Assembly (NCBI GenBank): GCA_018715725.1 | Contig: DVLD01000012.1 | Span: 113-64,112 of the forward strand | DNA length: 64,000 nucleotides | Direction of reading: 5' to 3' | Source of the DNA: Candidatus Aveggerthella excrementigallinarum | GTDB lineage: Bacteria > Actinomycetota > Coriobacteriia > Coriobacteriales > Eggerthellaceae | Shown here: positions 45,851 to 54,796 of the stretch, one piece after another | Layout: each line of letters starts with the position of its first letter | How positions within the stretch are numbered: the stretch's first letter is position 1 | Notes under the pieces: generated by a model | Seen by the model: only the letters and a program-made list of their open reading frames with translations | Told to the model about the DNA's origin: nothing | Databases searched by the model: none | Position numbers and translations under genes: made by a program

Positions 45851-48026
45851 CGTCTGGACCCTCTTCCGCGCTGAGCTCCCCCGCTTGTTCGCGAACGCCA
45901 TCAGCATCATCATCACCATCGGGCTGGTGGTACTGCCCTCGCTGTTCTCCTGGTACAACATCCTGGCCTGCTGGAACGTCTTCGACAACACCGGGAACCT
46001 GAAGGTGGCGGTGGCGAACTCCGACGCGGGCTACGAAAGCGACCTCGTGCCGCTGCGCGTGAACGTGGGCGACCAGGTGGTCTCCGCCCTGCGCGCGAAC
46101 GACCAGATCGGCTGGGTCTTCACGGACGAGGAGGACGCCGTGGAGGGCGCGCGCTCCGGCGCGTACTACGCGGCAGTGGTCATCCCCGAGCAGTTCAGCC
46201 AGGACATGCTGACCTTCTACGCCGACGGCGCCGAGAAGGCGCAGATCGTGTACTACTCGAACGGCAAGAAGAACGCCATCGCGCCGAAGATCACCGACCA
46301 AGGCGCCGACACCATCTCCTACCAGGTGAACGAGGCGTTCGCGCAGACCCTCTCCGAGGTCTCGCTCACCCTTGCCGAGGCGCTGTCGCGCACGGTGGAC
46401 GACGCCGACGCCTCGGGGGCGATCGCCGTGCTGTCGGGCCATCTGGACGACACCGCCGGCCAGATGTCGCAGGCGGCGAACGTGCTCGACTCGTTCGCAA
46501 CGCTCGCGGACTCGTCGCGGAACCTGGCGGACGGGTCGGCGAACCTCATGACCTCGGCGCAAGCTCAGGTGAAAGACATTGCGAGCACTGCGACTGACGG
46601 CGCCGCGCCCGCGAGCGGACTGGCGGACGAGCTCGCGGCGTCCGTGCGCGACCTGTCCGCCACGCTCGATGCGAGCGCGGAGGCGTTCGCCGGCACCTCG
46701 GGAAGCGTGGATGCCGCCTTCGACGCCACGGGAGCGACCGCCGCGGAGACGGCGTCCCAGCTGCGCGCCCGCGCCGAGGACGTGGCCGCGCAGGCGGCGG
46801 GCTACCGCTCTGTCGTCGAAAGCCTCCAGACCGTGCAGGCGGCGCTTCCCGAGGCACTGCCGTCCCTGGACGGCGCCATCGCCATGGGCACCGCGGCGGC
46901 AGAGCTGCTCGAGAACGTGCGCAACGACCTGAACGCGGCGGCGGACGACCTGGACGCCGGCGTGGCGAGCATCGACGAGGCGCGCGCGAGCGCGAAGGCG
47001 CACGCCGAGTCCGCCCGCCAGGCCATCGACTGCGTACGCACGAGCTTCAAGCAAGACGCGAAGCCCACGTTGGAACAGCTTGCGAGCGACGCCGCCGCGC
47101 TCTCCGACAGCGTCGCGAGCGGTGCGCGGGCGCTCGACGAGGCCGGGAACGACCTTGCCGGGTCGGTCGGCTCGGTGGGCAGCGTGCTCGGCGAGACCCA
47201 CGACCGCACCGCCGCGGCAGGCATGATCCTGCGCGATGCGGCGCGCGAGCTGCAGGGGCTCTCGGACCGCATCGACAGCGCGCTGGCGGCGGGCGACACG
47301 TCCCGGCTGCGCGACATCCTAACCTCCGATGTGCACACGCTCTCGAACGCGCTCGCCGCGCCCGTCGGCATCGAGCGGACGGCCGTGTACCCCGTGCAGA
47401 ACTTCGGCTCCGCCATGGCGCCGCTCTACACGACGCTCGCGCTGTTCATCGGCTCGCTGCTCATCTTGGTGGCGGTGCGTCCGCAGCCTTCGCCGCAGGC
47501 GACGGAACGCCTTGCGAACCCCCGCCCCTCCCAGCTATTCCTGGGCCATTTCGGTGTGGTGGCGGTGCTGTCGCTGTGCCAGTCGACCGTCATGGGGCTG
47601 GGCAGCCTGCTGTTCCTGCAGGTGCAGGCGGCCCACCCCTTGCTGTACATGGCGTGCCTGTGGATTGCGGGCCTCGTGTTCGCGTTCCTCGTGTACGCGC
47701 TCGTGGCGGCGTTCGCCAACCTGGGCAAAGCGATCGCCGTGCTGTTGCTGGTGGTGCAGGTCACCGGTTGCGGCGGGTCCTACCCGCTGCAGATCATGCC
47801 CGGTTTCGTGCAGGCCGTGAGCCCCTACCTGCCCGCCACCCACGTCGTGAACGCCCTGCGCGCCGCCATGATGGGAACCTACGGCAACGACTACGGGCAC
47901 GCCGTCGGGATGCTGCTCCTGTTCCTGATTCCGGCCGCCGTCATCGGGCTCGTCCTGCGCAGGCCGCTCGCGCGGTTCATGGCATGGTTCGTCCACCACG
48001 CGGAGGCTTCGAAGCTCATCGAGTAG
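45843..48026 (+). CDS. YhgE/Pip family membrane protein 2
   Basis: LPSLFSWYN, KKNAIAPKIT, NFGSAMAPLY and GGSYP motifs; overlaps gene 1; GTG start after a G-rich RBS. Confidence 0.9.
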   Translation: MRNVWTLFRAELPRLFANAISIIITIGLVVLPSLFSWYNILACWNVFDNTGNLKVAVANSDAGYESDLVPLRVNVGDQVVSALRANDQIGWVFTDEEDAVEGARSGAYYAAVVIPEQFSQDMLTFYADGAEKAQIVYYSNGKKNAIAPKITDQGADTISYQVNEAFAQTLSEVSLTLAEALSRTVDDADASGAIAVLSGHLDDTAGQMSQAANVLDSFATLADSSRNLADGSANLMTSAQAQVKDIASTATDGAAPASGLADELAASVRDLSATLDASAEAFAGTSGSVDAAFDATGATAAETASQLRARAEDVAAQAAGYRSVVESLQTVQAALPEALPSLDGAIAMGTAAAELLENVRNDLNAAADDLDAGVASIDEARASAKAHAESARQAIDCVRTSFKQDAKPTLEQLASDAAALSDSVASGARALDEAGNDLAGSVGSVGSVLGETHDRTAAAGMILRDAARELQGLSDRIDSALAAGDTSRLRDILTSDVHTLSNALAAPVGIERTAVYPVQNFGSAMAPLYTTLALFIGSLLILVAVRPQPSPQATERLANPRPSQLFLGHFGVVAVLSLCQSTVMGLGSLLFLQVQAAHPLLYMACLWIAGLVFAFLVYALVAAFANLGKAIAVLLLVVQVTGCGGSYPLQIMPGFVQAVSPYLPATHVVNALRAAMMGTYGNDYGHAVGMLLLFLIPAAVIGLVLRRPLARFMAWFVHHAEASKLIE

Positions 48027-48083
48027 CGTCGGGCGACAACAGCGCGCATGAGAAATGTGAAAAAGTACCTGACCCTTTTTCAC

Positions 48084-48112
48084 AAAAAAGAGCCCGGCAC
48101 GGGGCCGGGCTC
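48084..48112 (-). terminator. Terminator between the convergent Pip-2 and mscL genes
   Basis: GAGCCCGGC/GCCGGGCTC stem with an A6 run. Confidence 0.75.
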
Positions 48113-48137
48113 GCGAGATTCGCTCTGTGGAACGATG

Positions 48138-48623
48138 TTACGCCTTCGGCGTCGAGGCGGCCGGGGCGGGCAGCTCGCCGGCGCAGTGCGGGCAGCGCGT
48201 GGCGCCTTCCTTGAGCTCCTCGAGGCAGAACGGGCAGGTGGGCGGAACCATCTCGACCTCGACCTCTTCGCCGTCCTTGCCGATGATCTTGCTGGTCAGG
48301 CCCTTCGCCAGGCCGGAGCCCAGGCTCTGCGCCTGGTTGAACGCCTTCACGATGACGAAGACGACCACCGCGGCGATGAGGAAGTTGATGACGGCGCTGA
48401 TGAACGCGCTGAAGTCGATGCCGTTCTCGGTGCCCGGGACCGGGATGGTCAGGCCGGCGACCTCGGTGCCGCCGCCGGTAACCAGCTTGATGAGCGGGTT
48501 GATGATGTCGTTGGTGAGCGACGTCACGATGGAGGTGAACGCGCCGCCGATGATGACACCGACTGCCATGTCCATCACGTTGCCGCGGTTGATGAAGTCT
48601 TTGAACTCGGAGATGAGGCTCAT
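48138..48623 (-). CDS. mscL: Large-conductance mechanosensitive channel with C-terminal zinc ribbon
   Basis: EFKDFINRGNVMDMAVGVIIGGAF and FISAVINFLI motifs; tail CPFC...CPHC. Confidence 0.93.
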   Translation of the reverse strand: MSLISEFKDFINRGNVMDMAVGVIIGGAFTSIVTSLTNDIINPLIKLVTGGGTEVAGLTIPVPGTENGIDFSAFISAVINFLIAAVVVFVIVKAFNQAQSLGSGLAKGLTSKIIGKDGEEVEVEMVPPTCPFCLEELKEGATRCPHCAGELPAPAASTPKA

Positions 48624-48785
48624 GCGCCCGTCCTTTTTTGAAACCGTACTCGGCCGCACCGTCCTCCCCTCCACGGCGAGAGCGCGGTATCGAATGCCGT
48701 ACATATCGGCGACCGAATACGATAACGGGGCGAACGGCAATCTCTGAGTTCAATCTTAAATTGAGCCAAGCGGTCAACCGCGCGT

Positions 48786-49250
48786 TTAGAGCTCGATGGG
48801 CTTCCAGTCGCCCTCACCGTGGCCGCAGATCCAGGCCTTCGGCTCCTCCACGGAGAAGAACACGAGGCGCGCATCGTCCGGCCCGTCGTACGCCTCGCCC
48901 AGGGTGGTGAGGTGGCGGTAGCCCATCTCGCGCATCTCGGGGCGCGCCCGGTCCTCGAACCCGGCGACGCCGCGCAGGATGAGCCAGCCGTGCCCCGGCC
49001 ACCAGGCGGTCGCCTCGAACTTCGGGTTCTGCACGAGTTCTTCCCACACGTCCTTCGTCTTCGCGGTGCAGAACCAGATTTTCCCGTCCTGCTCGGCGGC
49101 GAAGCTGAACGGGCGCACGTGCGGCTGGCCGTCGACGCTCGTGGCCAGGTACCACGCAGGGACGTTCGTCAGGTACGCGAGCGCCTGCTTCACGCCCTCG
49201 CTCGCGTCGGGCGTGGGCGGCAGGGTCTGGTCGGGGAATGCGGATGCCAT
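48786..49250 (-). CDS. Pyridoxamine 5'-phosphate oxidase-like (FMN-binding split barrel) protein
   Basis: YLATSVDGQPHVRPF and WFCTAKTKDV..ELVQNPKFE motifs; AAGGAG RBS. Confidence 0.85.
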   Translation of the reverse strand: MASAFPDQTLPPTPDASEGVKQALAYLTNVPAWYLATSVDGQPHVRPFSFAAEQDGKIWFCTAKTKDVWEELVQNPKFEATAWWPGHGWLILRGVAGFEDRARPEMREMGYRHLTTLGEAYDGPDDARLVFFSVEEPKAWICGHGEGDWKPIEL

Positions 49251-49263
49251 AGGGTGCTCCTTT

Positions 49264-50067
49264 CTATGCCAACACGTTCACGGCCAGCACGCACGCCAGC
49301 ATGAGCGCCATGACGGCGCACGCCACCGCGTCGCGCGGGGCGTAGCGCAGCGGGCGCAGGCGCGTGCGGCCCGTGCCGCCGTGGTAGCAGCGCGCGTCCA
49401 TGGCGAGCGAGAGCGTCTCGGCATGGCGGAACGCGCTCGTGAACAGCGGCACCATCAGGCTCGAGAGCATGCGCAGCGCGCCGCGGCGAGGGCTTTCCGC
49501 CAGCTTCGCCCCACGGCTCACCTGCGCCTGGTAGATGATGGCGAACTCCTGCGCGAACTGCGGTAGGAAGCGCAGCGCGATGCCCATGATCATGGCGATC
49601 TCGTGCGCCGGGAAACCGAAGCGCGCAAGCGGGCGCATGAGGCTTTCCGTCGCCTCGGAGATGTCGAGCGTGGGCGTGGTCATGGTGACGAGCGTCATGG
49701 CGAACATCATGAGCAGCACGCGCGCGGCCACGAACAGGCACTGGCGCACGCCCGCCTCGCTCACGCGGACGAACCCCCACTCAATGAGCACGGCGCCGCC
49801 CTGCACCACGAACAGGTTCAGCACGGCGGCCACCACCGCGATGAGCGCGAGCGGCCCGATCGAGCGCAGCGCCTTGCCCGCCGGCAACCGCGCGATGAGG
49901 AAGAACGCGAGCGCGAAGACAGCGCACACGGCAAGCGAGACGAAGTCCTGCGCCACGAGCGCGATGATGATGAACGCGCAGCCGAGCACGAGCTTGGCGC
50001 GCGGATCCATGCGATGCAGCGGGCTGTCGCCCGGAAGGTAGCTGCCGAAGGAGAACGCGTTGATCAT
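49264..50067 (-). CDS. ECF transporter T component
   Basis: GSYLPGDSPLHRMDPRAK, IALRFLP, AQVSRG and AMDARCY motifs. Confidence 0.92.
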   Translation of the reverse strand: MINAFSFGSYLPGDSPLHRMDPRAKLVLGCAFIIIALVAQDFVSLAVCAVFALAFFLIARLPAGKALRSIGPLALIAVVAAVLNLFVVQGGAVLIEWGFVRVSEAGVRQCLFVAARVLLMMFAMTLVTMTTPTLDISEATESLMRPLARFGFPAHEIAMIMGIALRFLPQFAQEFAIIYQAQVSRGAKLAESPRRGALRMLSSLMVPLFTSAFRHAETLSLAMDARCYHGGTGRTRLRPLRYAPRDAVACAVMALMLACVLAVNVLA

Positions 50068-51896
50068 GACGTCCTCCCTGCCAGCGCGGCGATGTCGCTC
50101 GCCAGCCGAGCGCGGTCGTACAGTCCGCGTGCGCTCAGGGGCACGCCCGCTTCGCGCAGCTCGTTCGCGAAGCGCTGCGGCGCCGGCACGCCCAGGCCGA
50201 TATCGTGCAGCTCATGCCCGCGGGCGAACACCTCCTCTGGCGTTCCGCTCATGTAGACCGAGCCGCCGTTCAGCACGAGCATCCAGGTGGAAAGGTCCGC
50301 CAGGTCGTCCATGTCGTGGGACACCATGACGATCGTCAGGCCCTGCTCGTGCAGGCCCTTGATGAACGTCAGGAAATCGGCGCGCGCGGCAGGGTCCAGC
50401 CCGGCGACCGGCTCGTCCAGGATGAGCGTGCGCGGGCGCATGGCCAGCACGCCGGCGAACGCGACGCGGCGCTGCTGGCCGCCCGAGAGCGCGAAGGGGC
50501 TCTTCTCGCGCAGCTCGTCGAAGTCCAGGCCGACGAGCTCCAGCGAGGCGCGCACGCGCTCGTCCACCTCTTCGGCGGACAGACCGAGGTTGCGAGGGCC
50601 GAAGGCCACGTCCTCGTACACGGTGGCGGCGAACAGCTGGTGCTCGGGGTACTGGAAGACCAGCCCCACCTGCCCGCGCACGTGCGCGGCGACCCGGCGG
50701 TCGGAGAGGTCCTCGCCGCCGACGAGCACGCGCCCTTCCGTGGGCGCAAGCAGGCCGTTCATGTGCTGGAGCAGCGTCGACTTGCCCGAGCCCGTGTGCC
50801 CTGCGATACCGAGGAAGTCGCCCTCGCGCACCGCGAAGTCGATATCGCGCAGCGCCCAGGCGGCGTCAGGGCTCGCGCCCCAGGCGGGTCCGTCGGAAGG
50901 GTCCGCCGCCTTCGCGCGGCGCGCGCGCTTCTTGAGCTTGCGGCGCTCGGCGTTGTTCAGGTAGGCGAAGCTCACGTGGTCGAACTGGATGAGCGGCGTG
51001 CCGAGCGAATCCGCGGGAGCGTCGTCCAGGTGGCCGTCGTCCGCCAGGCCATCGTTCGCCTCGGCAGCTTCGGACGCGCCGACGTCCACGCGGGCCGCGA
51101 TGTCACGCGCGAGCGCTTTCTCGTCCACCGTGGTGTGCACGGGCACGCCCCGCTTCTGAAGGTCGAGCGCGAGCTCGCACGCGAACGGCACCTCGAGGTT
51201 CAAGCTCGCGAGCTCGTCGGCGCGCGTGAGCACCTCTTCCGGCGTCCCTTCCAGGCAGACGGCCCCGTCCTTCAGCACGATCACGCGGTCGGCGAGCGCC
51301 GCCTCCTCCATGAAGTGCGTGATCATGACGATGGTCATGCCGTGCTCGTGCAGGTCGCGGCATACGCGCAGCAGCCCGTCGCGCCCGCGCGGGTCGAGCA
51401 TGGACGACGCCTCGTCGAGCACGAGGATGCGCGGCTCCATGGCCAAGACACCGGCGATCGCGACACGCTGCTTCTGGCCGCCGGACAGCGCCGCCGTCTC
51501 TTTCCGCTCGAAGCCCACGAACCCCACGTCGCGCAGCGCCTTCGTCACGCGCTCGCGCAGCTCGGGCGTAGGCACGCCCAGGTTCTCCGGCCCGAACGCC
51601 ACGTCGTTTTCCACCAGGCTCGCGACGAGCTGGTCGTCGGGGTTCTGGAACACCATGCCCGCCGTGCTGCGCACCAAGTAGGTGCACGCAGGGTCCGCCG
51701 TGTCATGGCCGTCCACCACCACGCGCCCCTCGTCGGGCGTGAACAGGGCGTTCACGTGCTTCGCCAGCGTGCTCTTGCCGCTGCCGTTACCGCCGAGCAC
51801 GCACAGGAACTCGCCCTGCCGCACCTGCAGGCTCACACCCTGCAGCACGTTGCGCGCTCCGTCGTAGGTGAAGCTGACGTTCTCGAATTCGATCAT
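50064..51896 (-). CDS. ECF ATPase, fused EcfA-EcfA'
   Basis: GGNGSGKS and GHTGSGKS Walker A motifs, LSGGQKQR and LSGGQQRR signatures. Confidence 0.92.
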   Translation of the reverse strand: MIEFENVSFTYDGARNVLQGVSLQVRQGEFLCVLGGNGSGKSTLAKHVNALFTPDEGRVVVDGHDTADPACTYLVRSTAGMVFQNPDDQLVASLVENDVAFGPENLGVPTPELRERVTKALRDVGFVGFERKETAALSGGQKQRVAIAGVLAMEPRILVLDEASSMLDPRGRDGLLRVCRDLHEHGMTIVMITHFMEEAALADRVIVLKDGAVCLEGTPEEVLTRADELASLNLEVPFACELALDLQKRGVPVHTTVDEKALARDIAARVDVGASEAAEANDGLADDGHLDDAPADSLGTPLIQFDHVSFAYLNNAERRKLKKRARRAKAADPSDGPAWGASPDAAWALRDIDFAVREGDFLGIAGHTGSGKSTLLQHMNGLLAPTEGRVLVGGEDLSDRRVAAHVRGQVGLVFQYPEHQLFAATVYEDVAFGPRNLGLSAEEVDERVRASLELVGLDFDELREKSPFALSGGQQRRVAFAGVLAMRPRTLILDEPVAGLDPAARADFLTFIKGLHEQGLTIVMVSHDMDDLADLSTWMLVLNGGSVYMSGTPEEVFARGHELHDIGLGVPAPQRFANELREAGVPLSARGLYDRARLASDIAALAGRTS

Positions 51897-52001
51897 GGCG
51901 TTTCTACGGGTCCTTTCTGCGGGCGCCCACGTGACGGCGCCCTGCCCTTCACGGGAAGCGCCGCGCGATATCGCGCGGCGCACGATGGACATATCCTGCA
52001 G

Positions 52002-52598
52002 CTACTTGCCCTTCACCTGGTCCTTCTCAGGCGTGATCAGATTGGAGACCGCCTTGTAGACGACGATGGTGAGCACGGCGTTCAACGCGCTCTTCGCCAG
52101 GTTGAACGGCACGACGGCGGGCAGCAGCAGCGGGATGATGGCATCCGGCGTGCCGTACCAGAACGCCACGCCAATGGTCAGGTTCGTGACAAGGGCGCCC
52201 AGCGTGGCCACGATGGTGCTCAGCACCAGGCCTCCGATGGCGACGCCGTAGGTGCGGTGCTTGCGGTAGAGCAGCGCGGCCGGCAGCACGAAGAACACCG
52301 TGGCGCAGATGTTCATGAGGGAGCCCACCCATTCGCCCAGGATAAGGCCGTGGATGACGGCGGCGACGGCGCCCACGATGACGCCGGCGCCCGGTCCGAA
52401 GGCGAAGCCGCAGACCATGGCGGGCATGAGCGAGGGGTCGTACGTCAGAAACGTCACGCCCGGGATGAGGGGGATCTGGATGAACGAGAGCAGCGCGGCG
52501 ATGGCGCACATGAGCGCCATGGTGACGAGCTGCTTCGTCGACCATTTGTTGGTGTTCTCGAACTGGTAGTCGGAGATGTTCTTCGTTTGCGCGTTCAC
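52002..52598 (-). CDS. ribU: ECF S component, riboflavin transporter RibU-like
   Basis: TKQLVTMALMCAIA, FLTYDPS and PFNLAK motifs; directly downstream of an FMN riboswitch; GTG start with AAAGGAAGG RBS. Confidence 0.82.
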   Translation of the reverse strand: MNAQTKNISDYQFENTNKWSTKQLVTMALMCAIAALLSFIQIPLIPGVTFLTYDPSLMPAMVCGFAFGPGAGVIVGAVAAVIHGLILGEWVGSLMNICATVFFVLPAALLYRKHRTYGVAIGGLVLSTIVATLGALVTNLTIGVAFWYGTPDAIIPLLLPAVVPFNLAKSALNAVLTIVVYKAVSNLITPEKDQVKGK

Positions 52599-52783
52599 GG
52601 CAAACCCCTTCCTTTCAGCAAGGCTCCTTCGGAAGGACCGGTTTTCCGCCTTGAAAAGAAAACAGGCCCGCATGAATTCCTTTCATACAGGCCTTTGGGT
52701 TTGCGAAACGTTCGAACGGGCACCACCCCGAGCGCGGCGAAGGACAAGCGCCTTGCCGCAGGGCCCGCCCATCACGTCGTGCA

Positions 52784-52920
52784 AGCTCTGCCTCTTCCAT
52801 CCGGACTGTAACCGTTGGTCTCGGATTCGCACCGAGTCAGCCCGCTTGCGCGGGGTCGCGGACTTCCGGCGTATGCCGGTCACCGCCAGTGAGGACTTTC
52901 ACCTCGCCCTGAAACAGAAT
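52784..52920 (-). ncRNA. FMN riboswitch (RFN element)
   Basis: Minus strand reads AGGGCGAGGUGAAAGUCCUCACUGGCGGU...AGUCCGCGA...GACUCGGUGCGAAUCCGAGACCAACGGUUACAGUCCGGAUGGAAGAG. Confidence 0.95.
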
Positions 52921-53097
52921 TCATTGCGGACATTGTAGGCACTCTGCCCGGATGCTGTAAACACCCGAACGGGCTCGAACCCATTCGAAAACAACGTGGC
53001 AAGCGCCGCAAATGATAGCGCTTAGGCGCGCTCTCAAGGATGGCGCGGAGCGCAAGGACAGCGCGCGTAATCGCTGCGCGCGAACAACGCGGGGCGC

Positions 53098-53445
53098 TTA
53101 CGCTTCCGAAACCTCCTTCACCACCACGAGCAGCATCTTGAAACGCTCGGGAGCCTTCACGGCGTGCGGCACGCCGGCGGGCATCACGATGGCGCTGCCC
53201 GCCTCGACGCGGTTCGCTTCGCCATCGATTGTAATCTCGGCAGCCCCTTCCAGCACGTACGCGAGCGCATCGCCCGGGGCCGCGTGGGTGGTAATGCCCT
53301 CCCCCGCATCAAACGAGAACAGCGTCATCTTGCATCCCGGAGTCTGGGAAAGCGTGATGCTGTTGACTTTCCCCTCCTCGAACACCACCAGGTCTGCCAC
53401 GTCGAACGGAATACGGTGCTCGACGTTTTTAATCAGCTCGCTCAT
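53098..53445 (-). CDS. Cupin domain protein
   Basis: TLFSFDAGEGITTHAAPGDA..VLEG and MPAGVPHAVKA motifs; AAAGGAG RBS. Confidence 0.9.
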   Translation of the reverse strand: MSELIKNVEHRIPFDVADLVVFEEGKVNSITLSQTPGCKMTLFSFDAGEGITTHAAPGDALAYVLEGAAEITIDGEANRVEAGSAIVMPAGVPHAVKAPERFKMLLVVVKEVSEA

Positions 53446-53532
53446 AGCTCGCTCCTTTCTCCGCCCGTCGACGGAATGTCAGTTAGATTCTTGTGCACGC
53501 TCAGGAGGTGCGACGCGCCACCGCAAAACGTC

Positions 53533-53859
53533 CTACACGCACACCTGCAGCAGCTTGAACGCGCTACGCCCTTCCACTGCGTGCAGCACATGCGCAGGCA
53601 CCATCAGAACCTCGCCCGCCGCAAGCGCCACGCGTCGATTCGGCAGCACGATGTCGCACGAGCCTTCGATTGCGTAGTACAACATGTCTCCGAAGTACTC
53701 CTCTTCGCTGACGCTCTCGCCGTCGTCGAACGCGAGCACCGTAATGCTTGCGCCAGCTTCGAGCGTGGTGAGTGTCCTACTTGAAACGTGACCGGGATGG
53801 TACGCCGTCAAATCGCTCAGGCGCATCGGCGCCTCGGTAGGAAGATTCCGCAATCCCAT
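53533..53859 (-). CDS. Cupin domain protein (paralog with altered metal motif)
   Basis: VLAFDDGESVSEEEYFGD and VPAHVLHAV motifs; AAAGGA RBS. Confidence 0.85.
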   Translation of the reverse strand: MGLRNLPTEAPMRLSDLTAYHPGHVSSRTLTTLEAGASITVLAFDDGESVSEEEYFGDMLYYAIEGSCDIVLPNRRVALAAGEVLMVPAHVLHAVEGRSAFKLLQVCV

Positions 53860-53934
53860 GCCTGTCCTTTCCTCGCATGCGCGGCAGACGCGCGAAAGAA
53901 TACCGCTACGATACCTTCGCACGCGACGTTCGTT

Positions 53935-53950
53935 TGTTGCCGCGGCAACA
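53935..53950. promoter_or_regulatory. Crp/Fnr-family box candidate TGTTGC-CGCG-GCAACA
   Basis: Perfect 16-bp palindrome upstream of the cupin pair, next to a Crp/Fnr gene. Confidence 0.7.
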
Positions 53951-54015
53951 CAGCTAACCGCTGGAGCATATTGAGAGGTCGCCGCCTGTCGCTGCCACTA
54001 TGCGCCTGCAGCGCG

Positions 54016-54708
54016 CTATTTCAAAAACGAGACGTCGACCACGGTGATGTCCTTGCCATCAAGCCGCACGATGCCCTCGTCGCGCATGCGCCCGAGCTCG
54101 CGCGAGAGAGCGCTGCGATCCACGCACAAATACCGCGCAAGCTCGCTGCGCGAAAACGACGCCCGTTGCTGCCCGCTTCCAGACGTGCAATCGTTCAGAT
54201 ACAGCTTCACGCGGTCACGAAGGCGCTTTTGGGCAAGAATGTGCACCTTCCTGTTGAGGAACACGTTCTTGCGCGAAAGCAACCCTACCAGGTTGCCCAG
54301 CATACACCCCGCGCTGCGCGGGGCACCGAAAGAACCGGCACGCCTAATCCGATCGGCGGAAAGCCACAGGACCGCACTGTCCTCGGACGCGAGCGCCTGG
54401 ACCGGGGACGGCACGCCCGCGCATGCGATGCTCTCGGCGAACACGTCGCCCGGCCTCATGCGGGTCACGTTCGCAAGAGAGCCGGACTCGTCGTAAAAGC
54501 CCACTTCAATGTCGCCCTCAACGACCATGCCTACCCGCGCCTGGGCGTCTCCGATGCGTACGAGCAGGCTTCCCTCTTCGTACGAGCGCACCGTGCCGTC
54601 AAGGTAAGCGAGCAGCTCTTCGTACGACCCCTCGTCAATGCCAGCGAACAGCGCGCTCGTTGCCATTGCCTGAGTGAGCGCGGAATATTTCTTGCCCGCC
54701 GTTGCCAT
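54016..54708 (-). CDS. Crp/Fnr family transcriptional regulator
   Basis: cNMP-like domain (GDVFAE) and C-terminal HTH SRSELARYLCVDRSALSREL. Confidence 0.93.
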   Translation of the reverse strand: MATAGKKYSALTQAMATSALFAGIDEGSYEELLAYLDGTVRSYEEGSLLVRIGDAQARVGMVVEGDIEVGFYDESGSLANVTRMRPGDVFAESIACAGVPSPVQALASEDSAVLWLSADRIRRAGSFGAPRSAGCMLGNLVGLLSRKNVFLNRKVHILAQKRLRDRVKLYLNDCTSGSGQQRASFSRSELARYLCVDRSALSRELGRMRDEGIVRLDGKDITVVDVSFLK

Positions 54709-54715
54709 GGCAACG
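54700..54715. promoter_or_regulatory. Second Crp/Fnr box candidate CGTTGC-CATG-GCAACG over the regulator start codon
   Basis: Perfect 16-bp palindrome sharing GTTGC-N4-GCAAC with 53935-53950; TTGACA at 54733-54738 on the plus strand. Confidence 0.6.
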
Positions 54716-54796
54716 CGCCTCCTTTGTTAGCTTTGACATACTTCATTGTGAGTTATATGAGGCTTACATTTTAAGCACAATCGACAGGAGGTGCCA

